A DNA stretch of 64,000 nucleotides from a virus: the IMG/VR virus record IMGVR_UViG_3300008262_000126, positions 1-64,000 of that record. One strand, written 5' to 3'. Shown here in pieces: positions 7,897 to 17,600 of the stretch. Each line of letters begins with the position of its first letter. The stretch's first letter is position 1. The notes under the pieces are model-generated. The model was not told where the DNA came from, ran no database searches, and saw only the letters and a list, made by a program, of their open reading frames with translations. Position numbers and translations under genes: made by a program.

Positions 7897-10484
7897 CTCG
7901 AAGTATTGTAGGCCGCTGACTTGGCGAGAGCGGTACCTTTAGAAGCAGGTACTGGAACTCGAAGTGCGCCGATAAAACAAAGATAGCTCGCATAGATGTG
8001 GTCATCGTTACTTTCTCCGTGACCGCGAGGGGATACCACGAAATAGTGCATATGTCCGGATGCTCGACGTTGCCGTGCAACACGCTCTAACTGAGAAATT
8101 CCCTCAGCGTCGACTTCCGAAAACACTAAAGTACCGTTTGTGATTTGGCGAATAAGTTCGTTAGTAGCCCATGCTTTAAACGACTCGGTAATTTCCTGGC
8201 TGTCTGAAATAGACCCGACACCGATCTTCTCGTTAAATTGAACAGCCTCTAACTTGGACGCGTATTGACCGCTAGCAAATTCAGGACGCGTTTTCAGGCT
8301 CTGAACAATACCAGCACCACCGCCACCAGCACCGACGTCAATCGCGATTCTACTCGCATTGTACCCACGTGCTAAATAGTCAATAATGCGCTCCTGTTCA
8401 GGATAATCAATGCGTTGAATTCGGTACCGGACGAGAGAGTGCCATATGCCGTCAATAGACCCGAATACCTGTAGTACGGTAGGATCACTGAAGCCTGTGT
8501 CGATTGCAAACACAATACTTTCGCACTTAGGAAGTTTAACAACAGGCAGTGCCTCTTGATACGTACGTCCTTTGTCCTTGTCTGATCCGCTATAACGATA
8601 CGTATAAAAATCAAACGGGAGAATCTTCATCTGATCGCGTGAGATAACTTGGAAAGACGGAGAACCATGCTTTCCTAGGATTAGCTGCTGAAATATGTCA
8701 GAGGATTCCCCACCAAACTTGGAAAGTGCGTCGTCCCAATCAGCCTTTGTGAAGTACGGGTTGTTCGGTGCGGGTATGCGATACTTTTTAAACTTAGGAG
8801 TCTTGACATCCAAGACATACAAAGCTGTGTTACGCATGCCATTTGGCACGCCAAAATATCGCTCCTCGACCTTAGGTTCCCACGTATTCAAGGTAGGCTG
8901 CATCTGATCAAACGCAGGCATTGGAAATAACTGAAACTCGTCGCCCATAATTTTAGGAATGTGCAGACCGACCAAGTTGTTCTCGCCTTTGCTACCAGCG
9001 ATACGAGCGTTTAGACGGTGCCTTCGAGCTCCCATTTGAAAGTCTAACGTTCCTTTGGACCTGTTGACATTGTTATTCAAAAAGTCTTTCAGGAGGGGAG
9101 AAACGGTAAATTTTAAAATTACCTTGTCTAGAATAGGAGTTAACTGGCTGCTGTTGGGCGTCACCATAAGTTGCTCAGGGGTTCTGGGAAACTCAATAGA
9201 CGAGTTGAGAACTTGGTAAGTTATCAAGTCCTCTAAGATAACTGAGTTGTGTACAACAATGTTTTCGCTTATGTATGTTTCATCGTGGTAAACGTGTACT
9301 GAGTAAGTCAGCTGCATTCCATGCCGCTGCTTGCTGCTAATGGGCTCCCAAGAGTACCAGTCAAGCACCGAGTCAGTTGTTTTTAAATTAACTGATACCC
9401 CCGGAACTTTGAAGTGGTTCCAAAACGCGTGAGCGGCGCTTCTGTCGTACGTTTCGACAACCCATTGAGAGTCGTCAATGTCAAAGATATGATGCTCTTC
9501 TGCATGATCTGCGACTTTGTATGATTTCGTTTTTACACCAAAATACAGAAGAAGTTCCTGCCAATCCTGCACATACTTCCAATTAAACAGTTTGATCTTT
9601 ACGCAGTCAAGCGAAAGATCTCCGTGCTGAGCATAGGCTGCTTCGAGAAATATACGGATGTTATCCAGTTTCTGTGTTTTGAGCCAATCAAGTTTGAACA
9701 CCCGACGGTAATCTTTGCCATACGCACCAAGCTCAATCTTAAGCTGATTGAGATAGTGCCTTACTCCGCCGGCTTTCATACGTTCAATGTAAACTTTACC
9801 AGACTCGTCTTTTCTGTATTGCAGGTACAGCGAGTTTGCTATTTCTTTAATCTCCGCATCGATGCGTTTGTAGCGTGGGACTATTGCACCCGCAGGTTTA
9901 AAATAAACACTGCCTGTGGCAAGATAGCCGAGAATGCGAAGTTCTGCCCAGCTCAGCGTATTGTGTACGCAGTGATCTGTGGGAAGTTTGTTCATAACGG
10001 CCACGACATCACCGACTTCTAAGTCCTGCATAAGGACAAAGCCTTTGGGTGTCATCACTGGATGTACGTCGGTAGCTTTGAGACTGTGGCCCGACTTAGT
10101 GGTAATTGAGTAGCATTTTTTCCATTTGTCTTTCCGGACAAACGCACGCCTCTGTGTAAAATCTCCCTTAATCGAATAGCCGTATGTTATAAAAGAGGGC
10201 TTCTTCAAAAGAGCCGTAATCGTCTGATACCCCTCGTTTGTAAAAACTCGAGCAGACGCGGGTTGGCATTTACCAATAGCGCGACCGCCAGTCACTACGA
10301 CGTGGCGTGACTGATCAGTCAGTATTTCTTTCTGGTAAGGCCGGAAAGAAAATTCTTCCTCCGGCCAGTTGCCCCTATTCATATCGGCATTGTTAGTAGA
10401 GCGTAGAAACTCGTTAAGCCAAACAGGATCTTCGAGAATTTCTAAGAGCGCTAACTCAGCGTCGTCAATCTTCGCTTTTAACAT
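7893..10484 (-). CDS. terL: terminase large subunit (intein-containing)
   Basis: RPYQ Q-motif, Walker A GRAIGK|S, Walker B IMGDE, nuclease motifs FAIDTG, IAIDVG and NDDH. Confidence 0.9.
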   Translation of the reverse strand: MLKAKIDDAELALLEILEDPVWLNEFLRSTNNADMNRGNWPEEEFSFRPYQKEILTDQSRHVVVTGGRAIGKCQPASARVFTNEGYQTITALLKKPSFITYGYSIKGDFTQRRAFVRKDKWKKCYSITTKSGHSLKATDVHPVMTPKGFVLMQDLEVGDVVAVMNKLPTDHCVHNTLSWAELRILGYLATGSVYFKPAGAIVPRYKRIDAEIKEIANSLYLQYRKDESGKVYIERMKAGGVRHYLNQLKIELGAYGKDYRRVFKLDWLKTQKLDNIRIFLEAAYAQHGDLSLDCVKIKLFNWKYVQDWQELLLYFGVKTKSYKVADHAEEHHIFDIDDSQWVVETYDRSAAHAFWNHFKVPGVSVNLKTTDSVLDWYSWEPISSKQRHGMQLTYSVHVYHDETYISENIVVHNSVILEDLITYQVLNSSIEFPRTPEQLMVTPNSSQLTPILDKVILKFTVSPLLKDFLNNNVNRSKGTLDFQMGARRHRLNARIAGSKGENNLVGLHIPKIMGDEFQLFPMPAFDQMQPTLNTWEPKVEERYFGVPNGMRNTALYVLDVKTPKFKKYRIPAPNNPYFTKADWDDALSKFGGESSDIFQQLILGKHGSPSFQVISRDQMKILPFDFYTYRYSGSDKDKGRTYQEALPVVKLPKCESIVFAIDTGFSDPTVLQVFGSIDGIWHSLVRYRIQRIDYPEQERIIDYLARGYNASRIAIDVGAGGGGAGIVQSLKTRPEFASGQYASKLEAVQFNEKIGVGSISDSQEITESFKAWATNELIRQITNGTLVFSEVDAEGISQLERVARQRRASGHMHYFVVSPRGHGESNDDHIYASYLCFIGALRVPVPASKGTALAKSAAYNTSR
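9246..10268 (-). mobile_element. intein (341 aa) with degenerate LAGLIDADG region, inserted in the TerL Walker A
   Basis: Begins C-QPASARV, block B ATDVHP, ends IVVHN followed by Ser +1; excision restores GRAIGKS. Confidence 0.92.
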
Positions 10485-11115
10485 CGTCTTCCTCTGCCTC
10501 CTCTTCGTCCCCCAAGATAACATCGTCTTCGATGTCTGATCCTTCGCTTCCAGAGGATCTCGCCTTCTTTACAGAATAGCGGTGTTTTTTACGCCAGCCT
10601 GCGTCTTTAATATCGAAGAAGATGTCCTTCTCCTCACGCTCGGCGGTTACTGGTTTGTTACACTGATTGCAGTTAACTTTAAGTTCAAACGCACTGTGAT
10701 CGTGCATAATTGAAAAGCGCGAAAGAAGTATCTTACAGTTTGGGCAATACAGCTTAATAAGCCGGCGCTCAAGAAAATCTTGAGCAGTTTGCTTCAAACT
10801 GACAATGTACTCCGCCACAGACTCAGAGGAGTTCTGATTGCGTGTCTTTCGGTCAAGCGCAAGGGCTCGTTCAAGTTGCAGATTGCGCTCGATGATGTCC
10901 TTCAAAGAAGAACTTAATCGTTGAATCATGTCAATGTTGTCTACTGGGTCATCTTGCGTCAGTTCCTGTAGTTTTGCTTGAACGCTCTCAACAATAATTT
11001 GATTGTTGATTAGCATTTCCAAATTGGCTTTATCATTTGGGGATGATAATGTAGCCAAGTCGTATTTATCCGAATAGTCCTTCAAAATCTCATCAAACCT
11101 TCGGTTCTTAGCCAT
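10465..11115 (-). CDS. putative terminase small subunit with CxxC...CxxC zinc ribbon
   Basis: Immediately upstream of and overlapping TerL; coiled coil; CPNC and CNQC. Confidence 0.5.
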   Translation of the reverse strand: MAKNRRFDEILKDYSDKYDLATLSSPNDKANLEMLINNQIIVESVQAKLQELTQDDPVDNIDMIQRLSSSLKDIIERNLQLERALALDRKTRNQNSSESVAEYIVSLKQTAQDFLERRLIKLYCPNCKILLSRFSIMHDHSAFELKVNCNQCNKPVTAEREEKDIFFDIKDAGWRKKHRYSVKKARSSGSEGSDIEDDVILGDEEEAEEDDVKSED

Positions 11116-11187
11116 TTCCCCTCCAGTAAGTGAGAGATACTAGTACCAAAGTACACAGTATCTCTCACCAATGTATCTAATAATTTG

Positions 11188-13338
11188 TCAGCGAATCGGA
11201 CAAGCCCCGCCTTCGCAGTCTGTTCCCAGGTCGTCGTCGACTTCCACATTCTCGTGTTTCTCAAGAAGTGCGATAATCGACAAGCCTGTTACACCAGAGA
11301 CTTCGGCCAATCGACGCTCGTACTCGAGTTCGTCAATTGCTTCGTACGGCATCAACGGGTAAGCCGTTGTAAACTTTGGAAGGAACGAAACACCAATGTA
11401 GTCTTCCCACTTGCGAAGCAGCAGTTCGATAATATCATCAACTTCGTCGGGACTGAATGTCACGGTGATTGACGTATTATGGTCAGTCCAGTACTTCTGC
11501 AAGATAAAGTAGCGATTAAGCTGTTCAACAGCACTTTCCGTTGCTGAAGCTTTCTTGGCAGACGTTTTAATTGGGAACTCTACAACCCAGGTCAATGCGC
11601 TTTTGAGTGTTGCTTCCTTGTCCGCATCGCTCATGGCTGCAAAGACATCAGGCATGCATGATGTGGCTTCTGGGAAGATTGGATACCCTGACTCGCGCAT
11701 AGCTTGAGCCAGCGGGTCTTTTGACGAGATACGGACACGGCGAACGTAGTGAGGTGCGTACGATGCGTGAGCACCGCTGGAGACAGTAGGAAGTTGAGCG
11801 ATTGTGCCCGACGGCTTAACCGTTGTAACTAAAAGGGGAGTGGGAATGCGGAGTTCAGCTGCATATCCCAGAGCTGCTTCTTGAGCAACCGTATTTATAA
11901 TCGCCAAAACTTCGCGCAATGTGTAAAACTTTAAACGTGAGCGATTTGCGCCATCACGGTCGACAGTACGAATAGCATTTGAGCTTTCTTCGGTAGTCGA
12001 AACACCGAGTGCGTCGAAAGCCTCGACGTAGCCCGTTAGGCTAACTCCAGTCAATCGATCTCGCTGCTGTACTTTATTCCAGTGAGGCAGCTCAAGCTCG
12101 AGTGTGGCCATACGCACTCCGAGACGCGTGGCTTGCACTACTGCACGCTCAAGTTCAATCATATCGAGATACCCACCGTACTCGTCATTCTTAACGAAGT
12201 TACGAACGTTAATTTCGCTAAGGTTACACACACCGTTATCTGCCAAAAGAATTTCCGCACACGGGTTAGTACCGGCATACCAAGGGCGACGTTTTGCCGC
12301 AGCCACAGCATTAATAAAACCTGGCTCGCCGTTGTTCAAAATACGGCTGAACAGCTGCGTAAGCTGCTCTTTGGTTGGTTTCTCAGTGAAGTAAACCGAA
12401 TTGTTACTCATTGAGCGAAACCGCTTGTCTTCTTTAGCGGGGTCGGACCAAAGGTCGACTTTAGCGTCAAGTACCGCAGTGTCGTTAATGTCAAACAAGG
12501 TGATCTCGGAAGAACGACGAACGCCGCCGACAACAACGGCCTCGCCAATCAAGTTCATCACGTCCATAGCCTGAAGCGTCGAAAGACGGTCAGTGCCCTC
12601 GTTCAAGACTTTGACAATCTTCTCGTACATATCCCGCAGTGCTTCATGACCGCTGGCGCGACCGCCAAACGTTTTCAATTGCTCGCCTGCGGGACGGACG
12701 CTATCGTAGTCGACAACGATCTTCTTATAACCCTTGAAGAAGGCTTCAAACAGGGCTTCTAAGCCCCACACCCAGCCTTCCTTGCTATCACCTACCGAAA
12801 GATACATTATGTCGCCATCAATGGCATATTTCGAGAGCTCTTCGCGATCCGCTTTGCGCTTAGCGCTATATTCTCTGTGTTCAATGGTTACGCCGGTGAT
12901 CAGCGCTGGGAATTTGGTTACGTCCTGCGGCAAAACGCGAAAACCTACTCCAGTGCCAAGCATCATCAAATAAAATGCGTCGAGGAACGCTTGTACATCA
13001 TCAACGATCATGAACGAGCAGTTGAAGTTCGAAAGCGGGTACTTCTTAGCAGCCTCTGTGCCACCGGTCCACAAAGTGCGACCTGCTGGAAAAACTGACA
13101 GATTGTACATGGCCTCAAAAAGTTCACGTGCTTCCATTTCCCGATCCAGGCGGTTAGTAATTGCGTCGAGACCCATGCTGTACTCAACCACGCGAGTAAC
13201 AGTCTCTTTCCAAGTTTCTCGTCGTCGCTTGGTAGGTAAATACCGGCTATATGTACGCAGATAGACAAACTGACCGAGCAAGCTCGGCCATTGTGGATTG
13301 TCTTCAAATTTGTTTAAGAATGACTTACTAAGTAACAT
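11188..13338 (-). CDS. nrdJ: class II (adenosylcobalamin-dependent) monomeric ribonucleotide reductase
   Basis: YLRTYSR, FNC, GGVRRS, TNPCAEI, VKPSGT and C-terminal CEGGACP. Confidence 0.93.
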   Translation of the reverse strand: MLLSKSFLNKFEDNPQWPSLLGQFVYLRTYSRYLPTKRRRETWKETVTRVVEYSMGLDAITNRLDREMEARELFEAMYNLSVFPAGRTLWTGGTEAAKKYPLSNFNCSFMIVDDVQAFLDAFYLMMLGTGVGFRVLPQDVTKFPALITGVTIEHREYSAKRKADREELSKYAIDGDIMYLSVGDSKEGWVWGLEALFEAFFKGYKKIVVDYDSVRPAGEQLKTFGGRASGHEALRDMYEKIVKVLNEGTDRLSTLQAMDVMNLIGEAVVVGGVRRSSEITLFDINDTAVLDAKVDLWSDPAKEDKRFRSMSNNSVYFTEKPTKEQLTQLFSRILNNGEPGFINAVAAAKRRPWYAGTNPCAEILLADNGVCNLSEINVRNFVKNDEYGGYLDMIELERAVVQATRLGVRMATLELELPHWNKVQQRDRLTGVSLTGYVEAFDALGVSTTEESSNAIRTVDRDGANRSRLKFYTLREVLAIINTVAQEAALGYAAELRIPTPLLVTTVKPSGTIAQLPTVSSGAHASYAPHYVRRVRISSKDPLAQAMRESGYPIFPEATSCMPDVFAAMSDADKEATLKSALTWVVEFPIKTSAKKASATESAVEQLNRYFILQKYWTDHNTSITVTFSPDEVDDIIELLLRKWEDYIGVSFLPKFTTAYPLMPYEAIDELEYERRLAEVSGVTGLSIIALLEKHENVEVDDDLGTDCEGGACPIR

Positions 13339-13609
13339 CGTTAGCTCCTATATTCTCGTAATAATGAACTGTCGGATCAGTAAACGCAAAGTCCGTCATT
13401 ATACTCTTGACAGACTTAAGGTTATCCACATACGCAACATGACTGACCATGTGATTCCGCAACTTGTTCATGAAAAGCTGCGGATCCTCTCCGTTAAACG
13501 CAACCACTACTGTGTATGGGTCTAACCGATCATCCTTGTTAGACGCAACGGCAAATCTAACTATAAACGCACTATTCTCTTCCTTCCAGTCTACAATGCG
13601 AAACCTCAT
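13328..13609 (-). CDS. hypothetical protein
   Basis: ORF overlapping both neighbours. Confidence 0.6.
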   Translation of the reverse strand: MRFRIVDWKEENSAFIVRFAVASNKDDRLDPYTVVVAFNGEDPQLFMNKLRNHMVSHVAYVDNLKSVKSIMTDFAFTDPTVHYYENIGANDVT

Positions 13610-13947
13610 CGAGTATCCCCATCCCCTTGAATCACCCCGCGCTCCATACGAGAAGCAAGCTTCTCTGCGTTGTGCCAGGCTAAATTTTCAAGAGTTTGAC
13701 CCATATCATCAACACAACAGGTCACATACCAGAGAACATCGCCAAGTTCGTCAAAAAGACGTTCGGCGGTTTCCTGATCAATTTGACCGTCGTGATCGCG
13801 CAAAATCTTTTTCATTTTACCCGCAACTTCACCAGCTTCTGAAGCAAGACCAAGAATCGGATAGATTAACCGATAACCTTCCGAATACTTCTTTGTAGAC
13901 ACAACAAACGCCTGATACTCATTCCAATTCAACGAAGCATCTTCCAT
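13606..13947 (-). CDS. MazG-like NTP pyrophosphohydrolase
   Basis: LGLASEAGEV, DELGDVLWY, N..KL..R..RG.I.GDGD.R; GGAGG RBS before ATG 13947. Confidence 0.88.
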   Translation of the reverse strand: MEDASLNWNEYQAFVVSTKKYSEGYRLIYPILGLASEAGEVAGKMKKILRDHDGQIDQETAERLFDELGDVLWYVTCCVDDMGQTLENLAWHNAEKLASRMERGVIQGDGDTR

Positions 13948-13959
13948 CTTTTTCCTCCA

Positions 13960-14200
13960 CCTAGATAATATTAAACACTGAGAACATGATAACATATAAT
14001 TTAAATAAAAACAAAACATACTAGATTTAATATCTAATATGTAAACATATGTTATATGCGCTTCTTTTTTTTTTCTCTCTTGTGGGATTATAACAATCTC
14101 GTCAAGTGATTAGTATTAGAATTGCATTAGACAACCTCACTTACATAAACTCTCCGCTTTTATGCTATGATAGTAGCGGGTAAATATGCCCAAAATAACT
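13960..14200. promoter_or_regulatory. AT-rich divergent control region
   Basis: Strand switch point; minus TGtTATAAT (~14087-14095), plus TGcTATGAT (14163-14171), poly-T tract. Confidence 0.6.
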
Positions 14201-14214
14201 TGTCAGGTGAATTT

Positions 14215-14607
14215 ATGAGATATGTTAGATGTATGTTTTGTGATGAAAGGCGGAAGAGTGGTGATTTTCTCTGTGCTGCTTGCCGTACTTTATACGGACC
14301 GTATGCGGCAGAAGAGTGGTTTTCAGAATTAGTTCAGATGGAAAAAAGACAGCGGAAGATTACAAAACTTGAGTCGACTAATTTTGAGGTTGATTATCTT
14401 CCAAAAGAACCTGAAAGATATTGGGGATCTTCTCGTCCAAGGGGTAGACCACGAACAACTGACGTTATTGAATCTTTTATAAAAAGTGTGTATTCGCCTG
14501 ATCACTCAGTAAGGTCTTTAACTAACCTATGTAATGCAACAGGTTTAATTGTTTCTCGTGAGAGTGTTCGCATGATTATCAACAAGCTAAAGTTGACAAA
14601 AAATTAA
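14215..14607 (+). CDS. putative DNA-binding regulator (Zn finger, AT-hook-like, HTH-like)
   Basis: CMFC...CAAC, RPRGRPR and C-terminal SVRSL...VSRESVR. Confidence 0.55.
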   Translation: MRYVRCMFCDERRKSGDFLCAACRTLYGPYAAEEWFSELVQMEKRQRKITKLESTNFEVDYLPKEPERYWGSSRPRGRPRTTDVIESFIKSVYSPDHSVRSLTNLCNATGLIVSRESVRMIINKLKLTKN

Positions 14608-14640
14608 GGATACTATTAGAGGACACTTTTGGAGGGGTAT

Positions 14641-15405
14641 ATGCCAATTAACATTCCGTCTACGACGACGACAACTTTGGGGACAATCGAGATAATTGGA
14701 GACTCGTCAACAACCCATTATCAACAGTTTGTAATTACTAATTCAAGCGGTGTTGCACTGGGGACTGATTCTTTTCCGTTACCAGTCAGCATAAAAATGG
14801 ATGGTTCTTTCACACAAGCTTTTAATCAAGACACAACGCTTTTTCCAAACGGTGCAGCTTACTACAATGAACCCGTAGATAATAGCGGCCCTGAACTTCA
14901 AGATGGCGAGCTTTCTGTTTTACGATCAACTGCTAAAGGTGGTTTGAAGACTGCTGGTGACGGCAGAGTAAACGAGTTAATTTCTACTATCGCCGATGGC
15001 TACGACGACATTTATGTCGTTGAGGACACCTTCGATCCTTTGACAATGGATGTCATTGATCCGTATGGTGACTTCTTTGATACGTCTCGCAATAATATTA
15101 GATACATGTATGTTCCAATGATACGTTCTGGTTGGAGAAAACTTTCGTTTTCTTTCAAATCGTCTGTAGCCGGATCAATTTCTGTTTATGCCGACTTTGG
15201 TTCTAAAACAGCGGACTTGCAGATTACGAGTGCTCCTGTTTTTCCAGGAGCTCGTTATGGATTTGTTCCAGAACCCATAACAGCTACCGGTATCATTACA
15301 AGCATCCCGATGCTGGCTAGCGCTGTAAACGCGTTTATTATCTGCTTTACGCCGTCTGGCACAGCAGCTGGAAATTTTGAGGTTCACTTAGTTAGAGGTG
15401 CTTAA
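14641..15405 (+). CDS. probable virion structural protein
   Basis: Beta-rich, T/S-rich; directly upstream of head genes; GGAGG RBS. Confidence 0.5.
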   Translation: MPINIPSTTTTTLGTIEIIGDSSTTHYQQFVITNSSGVALGTDSFPLPVSIKMDGSFTQAFNQDTTLFPNGAAYYNEPVDNSGPELQDGELSVLRSTAKGGLKTAGDGRVNELISTIADGYDDIYVVEDTFDPLTMDVIDPYGDFFDTSRNNIRYMYVPMIRSGWRKLSFSFKSSVAGSISVYADFGSKTADLQITSAPVFPGARYGFVPEPITATGIITSIPMLASAVNAFIICFTPSGTAAGNFEVHLVRGA

Positions 15406-16980
15406 ATGAACGAAGAAGCTGAGTACCTATCTCCTAGGCAGGAAGATCTTGTCGAGGAGCTAGTCAAAATAGCAGATGAGTACGGCAAGTTTGGTTGGGG
15501 AGTTGATAGCGAAGGCTCTCACTACACCCCTGCTGAAAAGAACCCGTTTAAAGCGGAGGGATTAGTCTGCGCTAACTGCGCTTTCTACGCTAAAGATAGC
15601 GCAAGCTGTTCGATTGTTACTGGTCAGATTGAGCCCGAAGCCATATGTAAATTTTGGATTATCGAGAACACTGACCTAAATATTCCAGACTTTGTCGAAG
15701 ATCCCATGACTGAAACTACGGAAGAGGAGGAGGACAGCAATGAAACCTACTCTGCCGCTAAATACGCTAACATTAATTTCTCTCCCCCTGCCGGTGTACG
15801 GTCCGCTGCAAAGCGAGGCTTGGCACTGCACAAAGAAGGACTTAGTGGAGATGGTTTAGAACCCGCTACTGTAGCCTGGGCAAGAAAATATGTTTCAGGC
15901 CAGTCAGTTAGTCCCGAACGGGCTCGAATGGGTAACCGTTTTTACGGAAGAAACGCACGATTTGCGAATGCTCCTAAAGATTCGCCAGCTTGGGTTTCTT
16001 GGTTACTTTGGGGAGGGGCGGCAGGAAGAGGTTGGTTTGCACGCCTAGTAAGACAAATGAATAACGCTGACAAGAAAAGTTCGGCATCTGTGAAAGGTGG
16101 TTTGCGACTGGCACAAACGTCAGATATTAACCACCCGTTCATAAAAGAAATTGAGGTTGTTCTCACAGACTTTGAGCCTAACGCTAACGGCGAAGGTATC
16201 TCAAGATCAGAGATCGACAACGTAATTCGCACTTCCCGGCTAACACCGATTAAAATATCGGTGTCTGAGAGCGGTTACGGTGGCCACACTGGAGCACATC
16301 CTGTGGGAGCCATAACCGAGGCGTTCGTAGACACGTACGAAGGACGCGATGTAATTATGGGGCGCGCTTTCATTTGGAAAGACCAATACCCCGCAGTTTA
16401 TGATCTGCTAAAAACACGCGCCGACGAAAACGAGTTTATCGGAACTTCTTGGGAAGTGTACTACACCTCTGCTGAAGAGGTAAACGGCATTAACTGGCTT
16501 AAAGACGTAGTCTTTGCCGGCACCTGCATTGTAGATAATCCCGCCTATGGAAATAGAACTCCGCTACTTTCAGTAGCAGAAGAGAAGGAAAAAATGGAAG
16601 AACTGAAAAAACAAATTGAAGAACTTACGGCCGCTCTGGCCGAGAAGGAGAAGGAAGCCAATGACTTACGGACCAAAGTCCAAGCCTTCGAAGAAGCCGA
16701 ACAGCATGCCAAAGCCGAAGCCAGGAAAAATGAAGTAATCGCTGAACTTTCTTCTGTCTTCGGTCAAAGCGAGATCGAGCAAAAGCTCGAATTCTATCTG
16801 TCGCTTTCTGACGATGTCTTGAAGAAGATTATTGGGGATCTGCAAAAAGCTGCTCCTACAAGCAAGTCAACTTCAAGCACCAAAGAGCCTATTTCAATTC
16901 CAGAACCCCAAAGCTCGACGACTGACGCAGTCAGCCCTAAAGCTTTGGCAGACTTCTTGAAAAAGAATCCTAAGGTCTAA
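15406..16980 (+). CDS. prohead protease/scaffold fusion with N-terminal HiPIP-like Cys domain
   Basis: PNANGEGI, GHTGAHPVG, TSWE, GTCIVDNPAY protease-like motifs; C-terminal coiled coil; precedes capsid genes. Confidence 0.7.
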   Translation: MNEEAEYLSPRQEDLVEELVKIADEYGKFGWGVDSEGSHYTPAEKNPFKAEGLVCANCAFYAKDSASCSIVTGQIEPEAICKFWIIENTDLNIPDFVEDPMTETTEEEEDSNETYSAAKYANINFSPPAGVRSAAKRGLALHKEGLSGDGLEPATVAWARKYVSGQSVSPERARMGNRFYGRNARFANAPKDSPAWVSWLLWGGAAGRGWFARLVRQMNNADKKSSASVKGGLRLAQTSDINHPFIKEIEVVLTDFEPNANGEGISRSEIDNVIRTSRLTPIKISVSESGYGGHTGAHPVGAITEAFVDTYEGRDVIMGRAFIWKDQYPAVYDLLKTRADENEFIGTSWEVYYTSAEEVNGINWLKDVVFAGTCIVDNPAYGNRTPLLSVAEEKEKMEELKKQIEELTAALAEKEKEANDLRTKVQAFEEAEQHAKAEARKNEVIAELSSVFGQSEIEQKLEFYLSLSDDVLKKIIGDLQKAAPTSKSTSSTKEPISIPEPQSSTTDAVSPKALADFLKKNPKV

Positions 16981-17056
16981 CTTTAGTTCTTTTTCACAAG
17001 ACGAATATACCGAAGGACTACGGAATTAGTCTAAATTTTAAATGAGGTAACTAAAA

Positions 17057-17587
17057 ATGGCAGTTATTGTAACCACGCAATTCAGCCGGCAGGGTGTCGC
17101 AGCTTCAACGATTGTTGAAGGTCGCGCCGTTGTTGTTGGCGCTTCGGGTGTGCGTGAAGATTTGCCCAATGTGACGTATGCGAGTGCTAACACTCTGCAT
17201 GGCGTTTTCATTGCGTTCTTCCCACCTGACAACTTTCCTTCCCCAACGTACGAGGATTGGTATACTGTTCCAGGAACCAAGACCTACAACTTGAATGATG
17301 GCGGTCTCTACGGCGATCCCATCTTTGATAAGAAGCAATACTTGGTCAAGCGCTCCATGTGGAAAGAACCAGTAATGGTTAGCGGTGAACTCGTTGCTTT
17401 GCATCAAGGCAAAATTGGCATTACGACTGGCTGTTTCGTCGACTCAGCTAACATTAAAGTTCCTGGCGCTCGCGTTGCCGTCGGCGCGTCTGGTCTGCTT
17501 ACTTATACCACCACTGATAGTCACACCATTGCGACCGTCGAGCGTTATCAGCCCGACACCGAAATGTTGTACATTATCATGCATTAA
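17057..17587 (+). CDS. capsid decoration/cement protein
   Basis: Position between scaffold and MCP; beta-rich. Confidence 0.55.
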   Translation: MAVIVTTQFSRQGVAASTIVEGRAVVVGASGVREDLPNVTYASANTLHGVFIAFFPPDNFPSPTYEDWYTVPGTKTYNLNDGGLYGDPIFDKKQYLVKRSMWKEPVMVSGELVALHQGKIGITTGCFVDSANIKVPGARVAVGASGLLTYTTTDSHTIATVERYQPDTEMLYIIMH

Positions 17588-17600
17588 TTAGGAGTAAAAA

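Noticed and set aside
13948-14019. N-terminal extension of the MazG ORF (likewise track starts for terL, polA, SSB and primase)
   Set aside because: Downstream starts have clear RBSs and the extensions look non-coding
14593-14616. TTGACA...TACTAT as a sigma70 promoter
   Set aside because: The spacer is only 12 nt
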